In this document: piece by piece, positions 1-35,570 of the stretch
How positions within the stretch are numbered: position 1 is the first letter of the stretch
Layout of the letters: the number at the start of each line of letters is the position of its first letter
Assembly (NCBI RefSeq): GCF_963921235.1
Contig: NC_086107.1
Location: 115,756,001 to 115,820,000, forward strand
Direction of reading: 5' to 3'
Length of the DNA stretch: 64,000 nucleotides
From: Mobula hypostoma
Taxonomy: Eukaryota
The notes under the pieces: generated by a model
Seen by the model: the letters and a program-made list of their open reading frames with translations, nothing else
What the model was told of the DNA's origin: nothing
Databases searched by the model: none
Translations under genes and position numbers: made by a program

Positions 1-99
1 CAGCCAGCTGAGAGACCGAGCAGCCCTTTTCAGGGCCACACTGCCGAACTCCGCAGCACAAAGAAGGGGTGAGAAAAGGATTGTTTACTTCATTCAGCC

Positions 100-820
100 C
101 CGATCAGGAAACCACTGCTGGCAGGGATCTCACTTCAACGATCGAAATCAAGGAAATCGAACAAAAGTGACACCACTCGGAATGGGCACATGGAACATGC
201 CAACCTTAATGGATGCCACCAAAACACCAAGTCTGTCAGCCCTGAGAGAAGTGGTGCTTTGGTGGAAAGAGAATTGGAGAGGTTCAAGATTAACATCGCA
301 GCTTTCTCAGAGACTGACCTGGCCAACTAAGGCCTACTGACAGAAGCAGGTGGTGGCTACACATTCTTCTGGAGTGGATGCAGCAGCACCGAACATCGTG
401 AAGCAGAAGTTGGATTTCCAATCAAGAACCACCTTGTCCGAAAGCTTACCAGTCTGCCAAAAGGATTCAGCAATCATTTAATGACCCTGAGGAACAAACG
501 TAATGTCACACTGATCGGAACCTGCAGCCCGACGATGACCAACCCAAAGACAAGTTCTATGGAGAGCCTGATTCCCTGAATGAGACTGTGCCAAGGTCAG
601 ACAAGCTCCTTGTACTTGGAGATTTTGTTGGTCGAGTGGGTAAAGACCACCATACCTGGGATGGAGTCCAGGGGCACCATGGGGCAGGCAAATACAACAG
701 CAGTCGCCTGTTTCTGAAAACCTGCGTCATACACAACCTGATAATCTCCAACATGGTCTTCTGCCTGCCAAACCGTAACAACACCTCACTCATCCTCACT
801 CTAAGCACTGGCATCTGATG
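100..820 (+). mobile_element. Degenerate RTE-clade LINE, endonuclease region
   Basis: IAAFSET, GGGYTFFWSG and LLVLGDF motifs broken by stops and frameshifts. Confidence 0.75.
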
Positions 821-1165
821 GACTCTCCTTGCCTGCCCATCGCCTCCCTCTGGTGCTTCTCCCCCCCTTTTCTTCTCTCCATGGCCTTCTGTCCTCTCTT
901 GTCAGACTCCCCCTTCTCCAGCCCTGTAACTCTTTCACCAATCAATTTCCCAGCTCTTTACCTCATCTCACCCCCTCCCAGTTTCACCTATCACCTTGTG
1001 TTTTTCTCTCCCGTACCCCTCCACTTTTTAAATTTACTCCTCATCTTTTTTTCTCCAGTCCTGGTGAAGGGCCCCTGCAGGAAACGTGGACTGTATTCTT
1101 TTCCATAGATGCTGCCCGGCCTGCTGAGTTCCTCCAGCATTTTGTGTATGTTGCTTGGGTTTCAA
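820..1165 (+). mobile_element. Penelope-like element 3'/pLTR remnant
   Basis: Same CT-rich body and gatgctgcc..gcctgctg terminal motif as 24400-24830; decayed hammerhead-like motif at ~1056-1094. Confidence 0.6.
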
Positions 1166-1480
1166 ATACCAGTAAACTTTCTCTTGTTTGGTCTGTAAGA
1201 CCCGTTTCTGTACTAAATGGCCATGACAAATGTAGCAAGAAATTTGCAAACTGGGAATGGGGTCAAAGATTAAAATTAGTGTGCATGCAGTTATGCACAG
1301 GAAGTCCAAAGGCAGATTATGGTCTGAGAGAAGAGGGCAAAGTTCAGAGAGTATTTATCAGGAAGGTATTTGGAGTTTACACCCAGGGTCCTAGACAGTG
1401 TCCTCTTGAACACTTTTCACTGCTTCAGTAATAATCAAAGACACCTGATGTTCTCTCTTCTCCCCTCTCCCATCAGACAG

Positions 1481-2230
1481 AACTTTAAACTTTATACTTT
1501 ATTGTCGCCAAACAATTGATACTAGAATGTACAATCATCACAGCAATATTTGATTCTGTGCTTCCTGCTCCCTGGATTACAAATCGATAGTAAATATTAA
1601 AAATTTAAATTATAAATCATAAATAGAAAATAGAAAAATGAAAAGTAAGGTAGTGCAAAAAAACCGAGAGGCAGGTCCGGATATTTGGAGGGTACGGCCC
1701 AGATCCGGGTCAGGATCCGTTCAGCAGTCTTATCACAGTTGGAAAGAAGCTGTTCCCAAATCTGGTCGTACGAGTCTTCAAGCTCCTGAGCCTTCTCCCG
1801 GAGGGAAGAGGGATGAAAAGTCTGTTGGCTGGGTGGGTCGTGTCCTTGATTATCCTGGCAGCACTGCTCCGACAGCGTGCGGTGTAAAGGGAGTCCACGG
1901 ACGGAAGATTGGTCTGTGTGATGTGCTGCGTCGTGTTCACGATCTTCTGCAGCTTCTTCCGGTCTTGGACAGGACAACTTCCATACCAGGTTGTGATGCA
2001 CCCTAGAAGAATGCTTTCTACAGTGCATCTATAAAAATTAGTGAGGGTTTTAGGGGACAGGCCAAATTTCTTTAGTTTTCTCAGGAAGTAAAGGCGCTGG
2101 TGAGCCTTCTTGGCAGTGAACTCTGCTTGGTTGGACCAAGTCAGGTCATTTGTGATATTGACCCCGAGGAACTTAAAGCTTTTGACCTGTTCCACTTGCG
2201 CACTACCGATGTAAATTGGGTCGTGCGGTT
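1481..2230 (-). mobile_element. 5'-truncated Rex1/Babar-like non-LTR retrotransposon
   Basis: ORF 1710-2195 (FKFLGV...KKAHQRLYFLRKL...SFFPTVIRLLN) and a short-repeat 3' tail. Confidence 0.75.
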
Positions 2231-3287
2231 CGCTAGCAAAACCAGAAAGCTTGTCTCACCAGGCTCGAGGTCAGCTTCTAACCCACTGTTATCAAACTAC
2301 CGAATGGGTCTCTTGTACAATGAGATGAGACTCGGCCCCACAATCTACCGAATTATGATCTCTCACCTGCCTGCACTGTAACTGTTACACTTCATTCTGC
2401 ATTCTGTTATTGTTTTAGCTCAATGCATTGTGTCACGGCCTGATCTGCGTGAACAGTATACAAGACAAGCTTTTCACTGTATCCTGGTAGGTGTGACGAT
2501 AATAAACCAATAAAGCACTGGAGAAGAGGATGGAGTGACACTGGAGGCAATCCAGTGGAGATTGACGGGGTCGTCCCAGCACCAGCAGATGCAGAAGTCA
2601 GGTTTGAGTCCTTCGATTTCAGGGCAACGAGGGTCGATCTTAAGGTTACTGACAGCAGACCCTGAGGGGGAGGTTGGGATGTTTCCAACAGTGCAAGAGT
2701 CTCAGGCTTGGTTCAAAGATTAAGGGGCGGGGGGTGGTTGTTTCAAACTAAGGGTGTGTAGGATCTACGGGCAGAGGGTGAGAGGATTAGTGAGGAGGGA
2801 CAAGAGAGTGGGGGGGAAGAGCGAGGGAAAGGAGGAGGGATGAAGATGGGGAAGAATAAGAAGGGGAGGAATAGGGGAAAAGGGGAAGAGAGGAGATGGA
2901 GAGGAAAAGAGAGAGGGGAGGGAGGTGGAAGTGCATGAGGATTGGGGGAAATGAGGATGGAGGGTGAGGGAGAGGGTGGATGGGGAAGAGAGTTTAGGAG
3001 GGAGAGAGAAGAGGAGGGATGGTAGTATTGGAGAGAGGAGGGGAGTTGAGGAAGGAGTGGAGGGAGGAGGGGATGGGGTAGAGAGGAGAGAAGGGTATTG
3101 GAGGGGATGGGAGGAAGTGAGTTGAGGGGAGAGGGTGGGGAGAAGAGAAAGGGGTTGGAGGGGGAGAGGGGCAGGGTGGTGGTGAGTAGAGGGCTGGGGC
3201 AACACTGGACAGACAAACAGAAGAACCTCAGACAACCCTCACCCTCCTTCCCCCAGCTTCCTCCCTCCCTTTGTCTCCTGGCCACAG

Positions 3288-3407
3288 CATAAAGCTGGAC
3301 TCTGCTTTCCCTGGAAACACGGTCACGTGAGATTTGGAATGTGAAACTGCTGAGAGGAAACCAAAATTTGCCAAGTTCAAAGGAGAGAGAGGATCAACAG
3401 AGTGCTG
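3288..3407 (+). other. Candidate non-coding 5'-UTR exon of the SULT1 gene
   Basis: Island of unique sequence between low-complexity tracts; pyrimidine tract plus cacag acceptor and a consensus G|gtaagt donor at 3408; all three frames closed. SULT coding exon 1 begins with an acceptor, so an upstream exon is expected. Confidence 0.45.
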
Positions 3408-4534
3408 GTAAGTTTCTCCGAAAGGCCTCAGTCCTAACTCTCCCATTCCACTATCGCCTCCTTCCTTTTCATTCTCTCCTCTCATCACCCTGAATCTCTT
3501 CTACCCCACTTTCCTCTTTGCTCATTCCCACCCTCTCCCTTTCCTCTCTCTCTCACTTTCTGTCCCCTTGTTTGTGAGACGTTCCAGACACTTCCCCACA
3601 TCCCCCCACTGCACCCCCCTGCATCTCCCTCCATCCCAGCATCGAGATCAAAATTCCCCGGACACTCTCCCCTTCACACTTTGTCAGGGACTGGGTGCTG
3701 TCTCTCCGAACCACATTCCATCTGCCTGTCTGCAGCGGGTGCCCCTAACTCTCGTTGCCCCCTCCCCTTCCCTCTGTCACCCTCACTGCCACTCTCCCTC
3801 CTCCTGTCACTGATTTCTTGCTCCTGCCCTCTCCCTCCTGTCATTTGATCTGTTTCCCACTCTCTCTCACACTCGCACGCACACCGTTAATCTCTATCGC
3901 CCCTCTCTCTCCCTCTTCCCAGCTCTCTCTTTCAATCTCTCTCCCTCCCTCCCTCCCAGCATGAGCTCTGTCCCACTCTCACCGACACACGCACACATCT
4001 TCTTTCTCCCCCTCCATCTCTCTCACAGACACACACACACACCAGGGATTTGTGACCTAACTTTCTTTGCCCGACTCTTCCCTTCTTCCCCATTCTTCCC
4101 CTTCGCTGTCTCCCATTCCTCTACGACTGATCGCATAATCAATTCTCATCCATGCCTCCCTCGTACCAGTTCCCTGATTCCTACCTAACCCCCCACCCCC
4201 CGCCCCCCGCAAGCTCCCCCACTTTGATCTGCTATTTTGATCACTAATTACACCTCGTTCAGCCGGTATAACCTGCGCTGCCGTGTACTCCTGGATACAG
4301 TCTCCGGCAGCAAGGGCCAGGGGAATATTGCCACCGCTGTCCGTAAGCAGCTTTGATCTTCTCCCTATCATTGTTCTCAGTCTTTTTTGTGCAGGGTGGG
4401 GATGGGGGGGGGTGGTTGTTACGCCTCTTCCATTTGTGTTCCTTTTTTTGGGCGGGGAGTGGGGTTTTGGGGTTTGATGTGCCTGTACCACGTAGTTCAG
4501 TATTTTTGTGCGGGGAGAGAGGATTTGAGGGTTG

Positions 4535-6915
4535 ATAGAAACATAGAAAATAGGTGCAGGAGTAGGCCATTCGGCCCTTCGAGCCTGCACCGCCATTTAT
4601 TATGATCATGGCTGATCATCCAACTCAGAACCCCGCCCCAGCCTTCCCTCCATACCCCCTGACCCCCGTAGCCACAAGGGCCATATCTAACTCCCTCTTA
4701 AATATAGTCAATGAACTGGCCTCAACAGTTTCCTGTGGCAGAGAATTCCACAGATTCACCACTCTCTGTGTGAAGAAGTTTTTCCTCATCTCGGTCTTAA
4801 AAGGCTTCCCCTTTATCCTCAAACTGTGACCCCTCGTTCTGGACTTCCCCAACATCGGGAACAATCTTCCTGCATCTAGCCTGTCCAATCCCTTTAGGAT
4901 CTTATACGTTTCAATCAGATCCCCCCTCAATCTTCTAAATTCCAGAGAGTATAAGCCTAGTCGATCCAGTCTTTCATCATATGAAAGTCCTGCCAACTCA
5001 GGAATCAATCTGGTGAATCTTCTTTATACTCTCTCTATAGCTAGAATGTCTTTCCTCAGATTAGGGGACCAAATTTGCACACAATACTCCAGGTGTGGTC
5101 TCACCAAGGCCTTGTACAACTGCAGTAGTACCTCCCTGCTCCTGTACTTGAATCCTCTCACTATAAATGCCAGCAGACCATTTGCCTTTTTCACCGCCTG
5201 CTGTACCTGCATGCCCACTTTCAATGACTGGTGTATAATGACACCCAGGTCTCGTTGCACCTCCCCTTTTCCTAATCGGCCACCATTCAGATAATAATCT
5301 GTTTTCCTGTTTTTGCCACCAAAGTGAATAATCTCACATTTATCCACATTAAATTGCATCTGCCATGAATTTGCCCACTCACCTAACCTATCCAAGTCAC
5401 CCTGCATCCTCTTGGCATCCTCCTCACAGCTAACACTGCCGCCCAGCTCTGTGTCATCCGCAAACTTGGAGATGCTGCATTTAATTCCCTCGTCTAAGTC
5501 ATTAATATATATTGTAAACAACTGGGGTCCCAGCACTGAGCCTTGCGGTACCCCACTAGTCACCGCCTGCCATTCTGAAAAGGTCCCGTCTATTCCCACT
5601 CTTTGCTTCCTGTTTGCCAACCAATTCTCTATCCACATCAATACCATACCCCCAATACCATGTGCTTTAAGTTTGCACACTAATCTCCTGTGTGGGACCT
5701 TGTCAAAAGCTTTTTGAAAATCCAAATATACCACATCCACTGGTTCTTCCCTATCTACTCTACTAGTTACATCCTCAAAAAATTCTGAGATTCATCAGAC
5801 ATGATTTTCCTTTCACAAATCCATGCTGACTTTGTCCGATGATTTCACCGCTTTCCAAATGTGCTGTTATCACATCTTTGATAACTGACTCCAGCAGTTT
5901 CCCCACCACCGACGTTAGGCTAACCGGTCTATAATTCCCCGGTTTCTCTCTCCCTCCTTTTTTAAAAGGCAGGGTTACATTAGCCACCCTCCAATCCTCA
6001 CAAACTAGTCCAGAATCTAAAGAGTTTTGAAAAATTATCACTAATGCATCCACTATTTCTTGGGCTACTTCCTTAAGCACTCTGGGATGCAGACCATCTG
6101 GCCCTGGGGATTTATCTGCCTTCAATCCCTTCAATTATCTAACACCACTTCCCCACTAACATGTATTTCTCTCAGTTCCTCCATCTCACTGGACCCTCTG
6201 TCCCCTACTATTTCCAGAAGATTATTTATTTCCTCCTTAGTGAAGACAGAACCAAAGTAGTTATTCAATTGGTCTGCCACGTCCTTGTTCCCCATAATCA
6301 ATTCAACTGTTTCTGACTGTAAGGGACCTACATTTGTCTTAACCAATCTTTTTCATTTCACATATCTATAAAAACTTTTACAGTCAGTTTTTATGTTCCC
6401 TGCCAGCTTTCTCTCATAATCTTTTTCCCCCTTCCTAATTAAGCCCTTTGTCCTCCTCTGCTGGACTTTGAATTTCTCCCAGTCCTCAGGTGAGCCACTT
6501 TTTCTGGCTAATTAGTATGTTTCTTCCTTGGAATTGATACTATCCCTAATTTCTCTTGTCAGCCACGGGTGCACTACCTTCCTTGATTTATTCTTTTGCC
6601 GAACTGGGCTGAACAATTGTTGTAGTTTATCCATGTGATCTTTAAATGCTTGCCATTGCATATCCACCGTCAACCCTTTAAGTGTCATTTGCCAGTCTAT
6701 CTTAGCTAATTCACGTCTCATACCTTCAAAGTTACCCTTTTTTAAGTTCAGAACCTTTGTTACTGAATTAACTATCTCACTCTCCATCTTAATGAAGAAT
6801 TCCACCATTTTATGGTCACTCTTACCCAAGGGGCCTCTCACGACAAGATTGCTAACTAACCCTTCCTCATTGCTCAAAACCCAGTCCAGAACGGCCTGCT
6901 CTCTGGTTGGTTTCT
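4535..6915 (-). mobile_element. 5'-truncated CR1 LINE, same family as 48331-52445
   Basis: RT fragments (YLDFQKAFD, QGSVLGP, FADDT) with frameshifts; TTTCTATG-type tail at ~4535. Confidence 0.92.
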
Positions 6916-7294
6916 CGGCATGTTGTATGCCTGTTCGGTTTGTGTTCAGTTTTTATTGTGCGAGGAGGGGGGATTTGGGGATTGTCCCTGTAACACACAC
7001 AAAATGCTGGAGGAACTCAGCAGGCCAGACAGCAGCTATAGAAAAAAGCACAGTTGACGTTTCGCAGCAAGTCCCTTCGGCAGGTGTTGCTTGGATTTCC
7101 AGCATCTGCTGATTTTCTTTTGTTTGTGATTTGATTTCCTGTAGTGTTTTGTTTGTTTTTTCGTGTGTGGAAAAGAATTTGGGGTTGAGGATGGTGCTGC
7201 CTTTTTATCATTTCTTTCTTCATTTCATGGGTACCTGGAGAAGAAGAATTTCAGAGTTGTATACTTTGATAATAATTGAAACTTTGGACCTCAG

Positions 7295-7550
7295 ACTGTT
7301 TGGGTTCCTTCAGGTACTCAAGTTTTCTTGCACAATCCAAAGATGTTCAGCTTGGTAGGTTATTTGGTCATTGTAAGTTGTCCTGTGATTAGGCAAGAGT
7401 TAAGTCAAGTCACGCCACGTCAAGAACGTGGATGAACTTTACACCCAGAAGCAACCGGCCAGAGCATGCTGTCCTCTTCGGAGCTCGGGGTTGCTGGGTG
7501 GATTCGGCTGAAGGGCCAGAAGAGCCAACTACGAACTTTATCTCGATAAA
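7295..7550 (+). mobile_element. Decayed V-SINE/HE1-like SINE
   Basis: Core gggttcct...ccaaagatgt...ggtaggtt..ttggtcattgtaagttgtcc resembles the V-SINE central domain. Confidence 0.5.
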
Positions 7551-7655
7551 ACGAAAGTAGATTATTGCTTTGATGCCTCGTAAACCAGACAGATGAGCCC
7601 CAAGTCCTGAAAAACAGGTTCAGGGACAGCTACTTCCTTTCAACCATTCAGATCG

Positions 7656-8040
7656 TGAACCGACTGTCACAACCCTAATCACTCCCTCAGTACAGAAACA
7701 CCATGACCCCTGAACCAACAGTCACAACCCTAATCACCATCTCAGTACAGAAACACCGTGACCCCTGAACCAACAGTCACAACCCTAATCACCATCTCAG
7801 TACAGAAACACTGTGACCCCTGAACCAACAGTCACAACCCTAATCACTATCTCAGTACAGAAACACCGTGACCCCTGAACCAACAGTCACAACCCTAATC
7901 ACTATCTCAGTACAGAAACACCGTGACCCCTGAACCAACAGTCACAACCCTAATCACTATCTCAGTACAGAAACACCGTGACCTCTGAACCAACAGTCAC
8001 AACCCTAATCACCATCTCAGTACAGAAACACCGTGACCTC
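7656..8040. repeat. 55-bp minisatellite, ~7 copies
   Basis: Unit gaaccaacagtcacaaccctaatcaccatctcagtacagaaacaccgtgacccct. Confidence 0.95.
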
Positions 8041-9193
8041 TCTGCTGACTGCATTTGTTGCTCTGTGTCATTGTTGTAAAAATTGTGCACAATTTGTGCT
8101 GTATTGATGTTTTAGTTCAGAACGTTGCTGCTCTGAGGCACTGACCTGTGTGCCTCAGTCTGTGTCTGATCAACAATCCAGATGTGTCCGTGTTGTTGCT
8201 GCAAGCAAGCTTTTCATTGCTTGAAAGAGTGCAGAGAAATTTTATGAGAATGCTGCTGGCACTTTAAAACCTAAGTTATAAGGAACGATTGAGTAGGTTA
8301 GGTGCAGGAGAATGAGGGGAGATCTTATAGATGTTCATAAAATTGAGTGGTACATACGGTGTGAATGCTGTCTTCCACCCAGGCTAGGTGAGACTACAGC
8401 TGGAGGTCATGAACTTGGGATGAAAGATGATTGGTGCAGGTAGTGGTACTGGCCGGAGGACCAGGTTGGCACAGACTCGATGGGCCAAAGGGCTTGTTTC
8501 TGTGCTGTGGAATGAAGAACAGTACAGGACATCACAGGCTCTTTGGCCACCATGTTGTGCCGACCCTATGAACTACTCTCAGATCAATCTCACCCTTCCC
8601 TCCCACATTTCCCCCCATCTTTGTTTCATCCACGTGCATATCTAAGAGTCTCTCAAATGCCCCATCACCACCCAGGCAGCTTGTTCCTCTGTGGAAAAAC
8701 CCTATCTGTGACATGCTCCCTCTACCTTCCTCTAGTCACCTGAACCACATGCCCTCTGGTATTGACTATTTCTGCCCTGGGATAAAGATCTCTAACTGTC
8801 CACCTCTCTCGGCCTGTTATCACCTTACAGCCCCCTATCAAGTCACCTCTCACTCTCCTTCATTCCAAAAGAAAAGCCCGAGCTCACTCAACCCATCCTC
8901 ATAGGACGTGCTTGCTAATGCAGGCAGCATGCTGGTAAACCTCTACTCCCTCTCTAAAGCTTTTACATGCTTCCTTTAGTGAAGTAATCAGAACCGACCT
9001 CTGATATCTCCCGTAAGACAGTGCAAAAAACAGACCGGAACAACGAGGTAGTGCTCATGGTCAACTCGACTATTTGGCACAGTCTAGGCGGAGGGAGGGA
9101 AATGTGCTGTTCCTCAGATGTTTCGTGTGGGGCTCCAGGATCCGAGGCCTCCCCTTACAATGAAATTTGATGATGAACTTGCTCTGTTCCAGG

Positions 9194-32377
<23,184 letters not shown>

Positions 32378-32426
32378 CCATTCTCTCCCCCCACCAAGCA
32401 AAGAAAAGCAGAAGCAAAAATGGTTA

Positions 32427-32445
32427 AGTAAACTGTGTCAGTAAA
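32427..32445 (+). terminator. Probable SULT1 polyadenylation signals (two AGTAAA variants)
   Basis: AGTAAA at 32427 and 32440, followed by a GT-rich stretch from ~32464; no AATAAA before the downstream CR1 fragment. Confidence 0.45.
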
Positions 32446-32509
32446 GAAACTTTATCCAGAGCACGGTGTGTCTGTCCTGTGTATCTGGAGAAAAGAGAGG
32501 GACTGAGAG

Positions 32510-33470
32510 ACTACAAGACATAGGAGCAGAATTAAACCATTGATCGAATGTGCTCCACCATTGCATCATGGCTGATTTATTATCCCTCTCAACCCCGTTC
32601 TCCTGTCTTCTCCTCATAACCTTTAATGCCCTGACTAATCAAGAGCCTATCAACCTCTACTGTAAATATGCTTGATGATTTGCCTCCCACAGCCATTTGT
32701 GGCAATGAATTCTGCAGATTCAATACCCTCCAGCTAAAGAAATTCCTTCTCATCTCTGTTCTAAATGAATGCCCCTCATCTGAGACTTTGCCCTCTGGTC
32801 CTAGAGTCACCCATTATAGGAGATATCCTCCCTACACCCACTCAATTCACACCTTTCAATATTCAATAGGTTTCAGTGAGATTTCCCCTTATTCTTCTAA
32901 ACTCCAGTGAGCAGAGACCAAGAGCTATCAAACGCTCCTCAAATGTTAACCCTCTTATTCCCGAAATAATTCTCGTGAATCTCCTCTGGACTTTCTCCAA
33001 TGTCAGCACATCTTTTCTGAGATAAGGGGCCAAAAACTGCTCACAATACTCCAGGTGTGGTCAGAGCAATGCTTTATAAAGCCTCAATGTTACACCCTTG
33101 GTGTTGTATTCCAGTCCTCTCCAAATGAATGCTAACATTGCATTTGCCTTCCTCACCACCGACCCAATCTGCAAGTTAGCCTTCAGAGAATCTTGCAAGA
33201 GAATCTTTGCACCTCTGATTTTTGAATTCTCCCCCCATTTAGAAAACTGTCTACGCCTTTATTCCTTCCATCGAAGTGCATGACCATACACTTCCCTACA
33301 CTACACTCCATCTGCCACCTCTATGCCCATTCTCTCAATGTCTAAGTCCCTCTGCAGGCTTCCTACTTCCTCAACACAACTTGTCCTCCCACCTGTCTTC
33401 ATATCGTCCGCAAACTTGGCCACAAAGCCATCAGTTCACATATAACATGAAAAGAAGCGGTCCCAACAAT
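32510..33470 (-). mobile_element. Decayed CR1 3' fragment
   Basis: [10 protein letters not shown]...NSLP motif and a CR1 3' UTR. Confidence 0.75.
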
Positions 33471-34529
33471 GACCCCTGGGATCAAAGCTGTCCTTGAGCC
33501 TGGAAGAGCATGCTTTCAAGCTTTTGTATCTTCTGCCCAGTGGGAGAGAGAAGAAGAGGCAAAGTCAGGGTGGGTGGGGTCTTTGATTATGCTGGCTGCT
33601 TTTCCAAGGCAGCAAGTCAAGTCAAATTTACTGTCACGTGTGTACAGGGGCGATGAAAAAACCTAATCATAGCAGCATCACTAGCACACAGCATCAGGGA
33701 AGCATTGTTCACAAGAAATACTATTAGGCACAGTTTATATAAGGAAGAACACAAATGAAGCAAATTCCATTTTAGTGCGAAGTGGTCACAGTGTTGCTGT
33801 ACTGAAACAGTGATTAGGGTCATGCTGGTTGGTTCAAGAACTGAATGGTTGAAGGGAAGTTGCTGTTCCTGAACCTGGTGGTGTGGGACGTCAGGCTTCT
33901 GTACCTCCTGCCTGATGGGAGCTGTGAGAAGAGGGCATGGCCCAGATGGTGGAAATCTCTGATGGGGGACGTAGAAGATATTGGTATGGATTACTGCAGC
34001 CTGCCTGCTCAGATAGAAGATGAGGTGTTGTGCTCAAATTTGATTTGGACCTTGTTGTAACAGTCCAGGAACCCAGAGAGAGGGGTCAGAGTGGGAGTGT
34101 GATGGTGAGTTAAAGAGACAGGGTACAGGAACCACAGAGTCTATGGAGGACGGGCTGGTGCAAAGTCCACAATTCTCTGCAGTTTCTCACAATCACGTTC
34201 AGAGCAGTTGCCGTGCCAGGCTGTGATGCTTTCGAAGGTGCTCCAGTAAAAACTGGTAAGACTCAATGTGGACATGACAGATTTTCTTAGTCTTGAGGAA
34301 GTAGATGCATTACTGACAGTTCTTGGCCATGGTGGTTGGATCAACAGGACAAGCAATTGGTGATGTTCACACCTAGGAACGTGATGCCCTCACCATCAGC
34401 ACCACTGACAATGGAGCAGGTGCAGACAACCCCCTTCCTAAAGTCAACCACCAGACGTTCATTTCACTCGCACCGAGGAAAAACTTGTTCTCATGACCCT
34501 CTGGCTCTCTATTTCCTTCCCAAAGGATA

Positions 34530-35000
34530 AGTGCAGTGGGGAGGAGAGAGGGAGAGTCTGAGCGGGGAGAAGGGAGGCATGAAGGGCAGAGGGGGCAAAG
34601 GAGGAGGCAGAGAAGGGGGAGAGATCACAGAGAGGTGGGAAGGGGAGACGGGGGAGGGAAGGGGGTGAGAAGGAGGTGGGAAGGGGGAGATGGGGAGGGA
34701 AGGGGAAACGGGGGGTGGGAAGGGGGAGACGGGGGAAGGGGGTGAGAAGGGGGAGGGAAGGAGAGACGGGGTGGGGAGGGGGTGCGGAGGTGGGAAGGGG
34801 GAGATGGGGAGGGAAGGGGAAACGGGGGGTGGGAAGGGGAGACGGGGGAAGGGGGTGAGAAGGGGGAGGGAAGGAGAGACGGGGTGGGGAGGTGGGAAGG
34901 GGGAGATGGGGAGGGAAGGGGAAACGGGGGGTGGGAAGGGGGAGATAGGGAAAAGGGGGAAGGATGGCAGACAAGGTGGGAGGGACGGGGAAGGGGTAGA
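34530..35000. repeat. G/A-rich degenerate tandem repeat upstream of the HIRIP3 promoter
   Basis: Recurrent ggtgggaagggggagatggggagggaaggggaaacgggg blocks. Confidence 0.8.
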
Positions 35001-35029
35001 GCGGAGGGTGTTGACTCCTGTGCTGGCCC

Positions 35030-35570
35030 ATCCTCATCAAGATGGCAGTCACCTCACAGCGGCAGCAGGACATGGCGGTTCTCCTCTCTCACGGACACCG
35101 TTCAACTGGGAGCTGAGGGCGGTTCCCCCCGCTCACGGACATTGGTTCACTGAGGAGCTGCGGCCACCGCCGCCGTAGTAAGCGACAGGGGAAAGGCGTG
35201 GGGCAGACGTCCCGTCGGAACGAACCGACCGCAGCAAGATGGCGTTCCTGCACATCTGAACCAGTCAGCGTCTTGTGACGTAATCGAAAACCCCTCACCA
35301 AGATGGCGCTACCGCCCGCCTCTTTGGCCGGACGTACGTCCGCGGCCATTGGCTGCAGGCCGGGGCAAAGGGCAGCGGCGAGGCCCCCATTGGTCGCCGT
35401 GCCGAGGCGGGAAGCAAAATGGCGGAGGAGATGCGGGAGTTTGTGTCGGAGCTGCTGAAGAGCGGCCTGAGGTAAATCCCCGCGTTAGGTACAGACATCT
35501 CTCGCAACGTGCGTGCCCCTCACCTAACATAAATAACCCCCGGCCACTGAAGCCATTTCGTTAGCCCACT
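35030..35570. promoter_or_regulatory. CpG-island promoter of HIRIP3
   Basis: Most CpG-dense unique stretch in the window. YY1-type AAGATGGC/AAATGGCG motifs at 35038, 35235, 35299 and 35416; CRE/ATF-like TGACGTAA at 35276; inverted CCAAT boxes (ATTGG) near 35141, 35348 and 35389. Confidence 0.75.
35419..35471 (+). CDS. HIRIP3: HIRIP3 exon 1
   Basis: aaaATGG start; [17 protein letters not shown]; donor gtaaat. Confidence 0.85.

Noticed and set aside
4057..4609. Possible extra gene on the minus strand near 4.2-4.4 kb
   Set aside because: No recognisable homology or consistent splice pattern; largely repeat-derived
34459..35350. INO80E first exon expected head-to-head with HIRIP3
   Set aside because: No minus-strand frame resembles the INO80E N-terminus (YKKKYRNLKRKLKFL-type motif)
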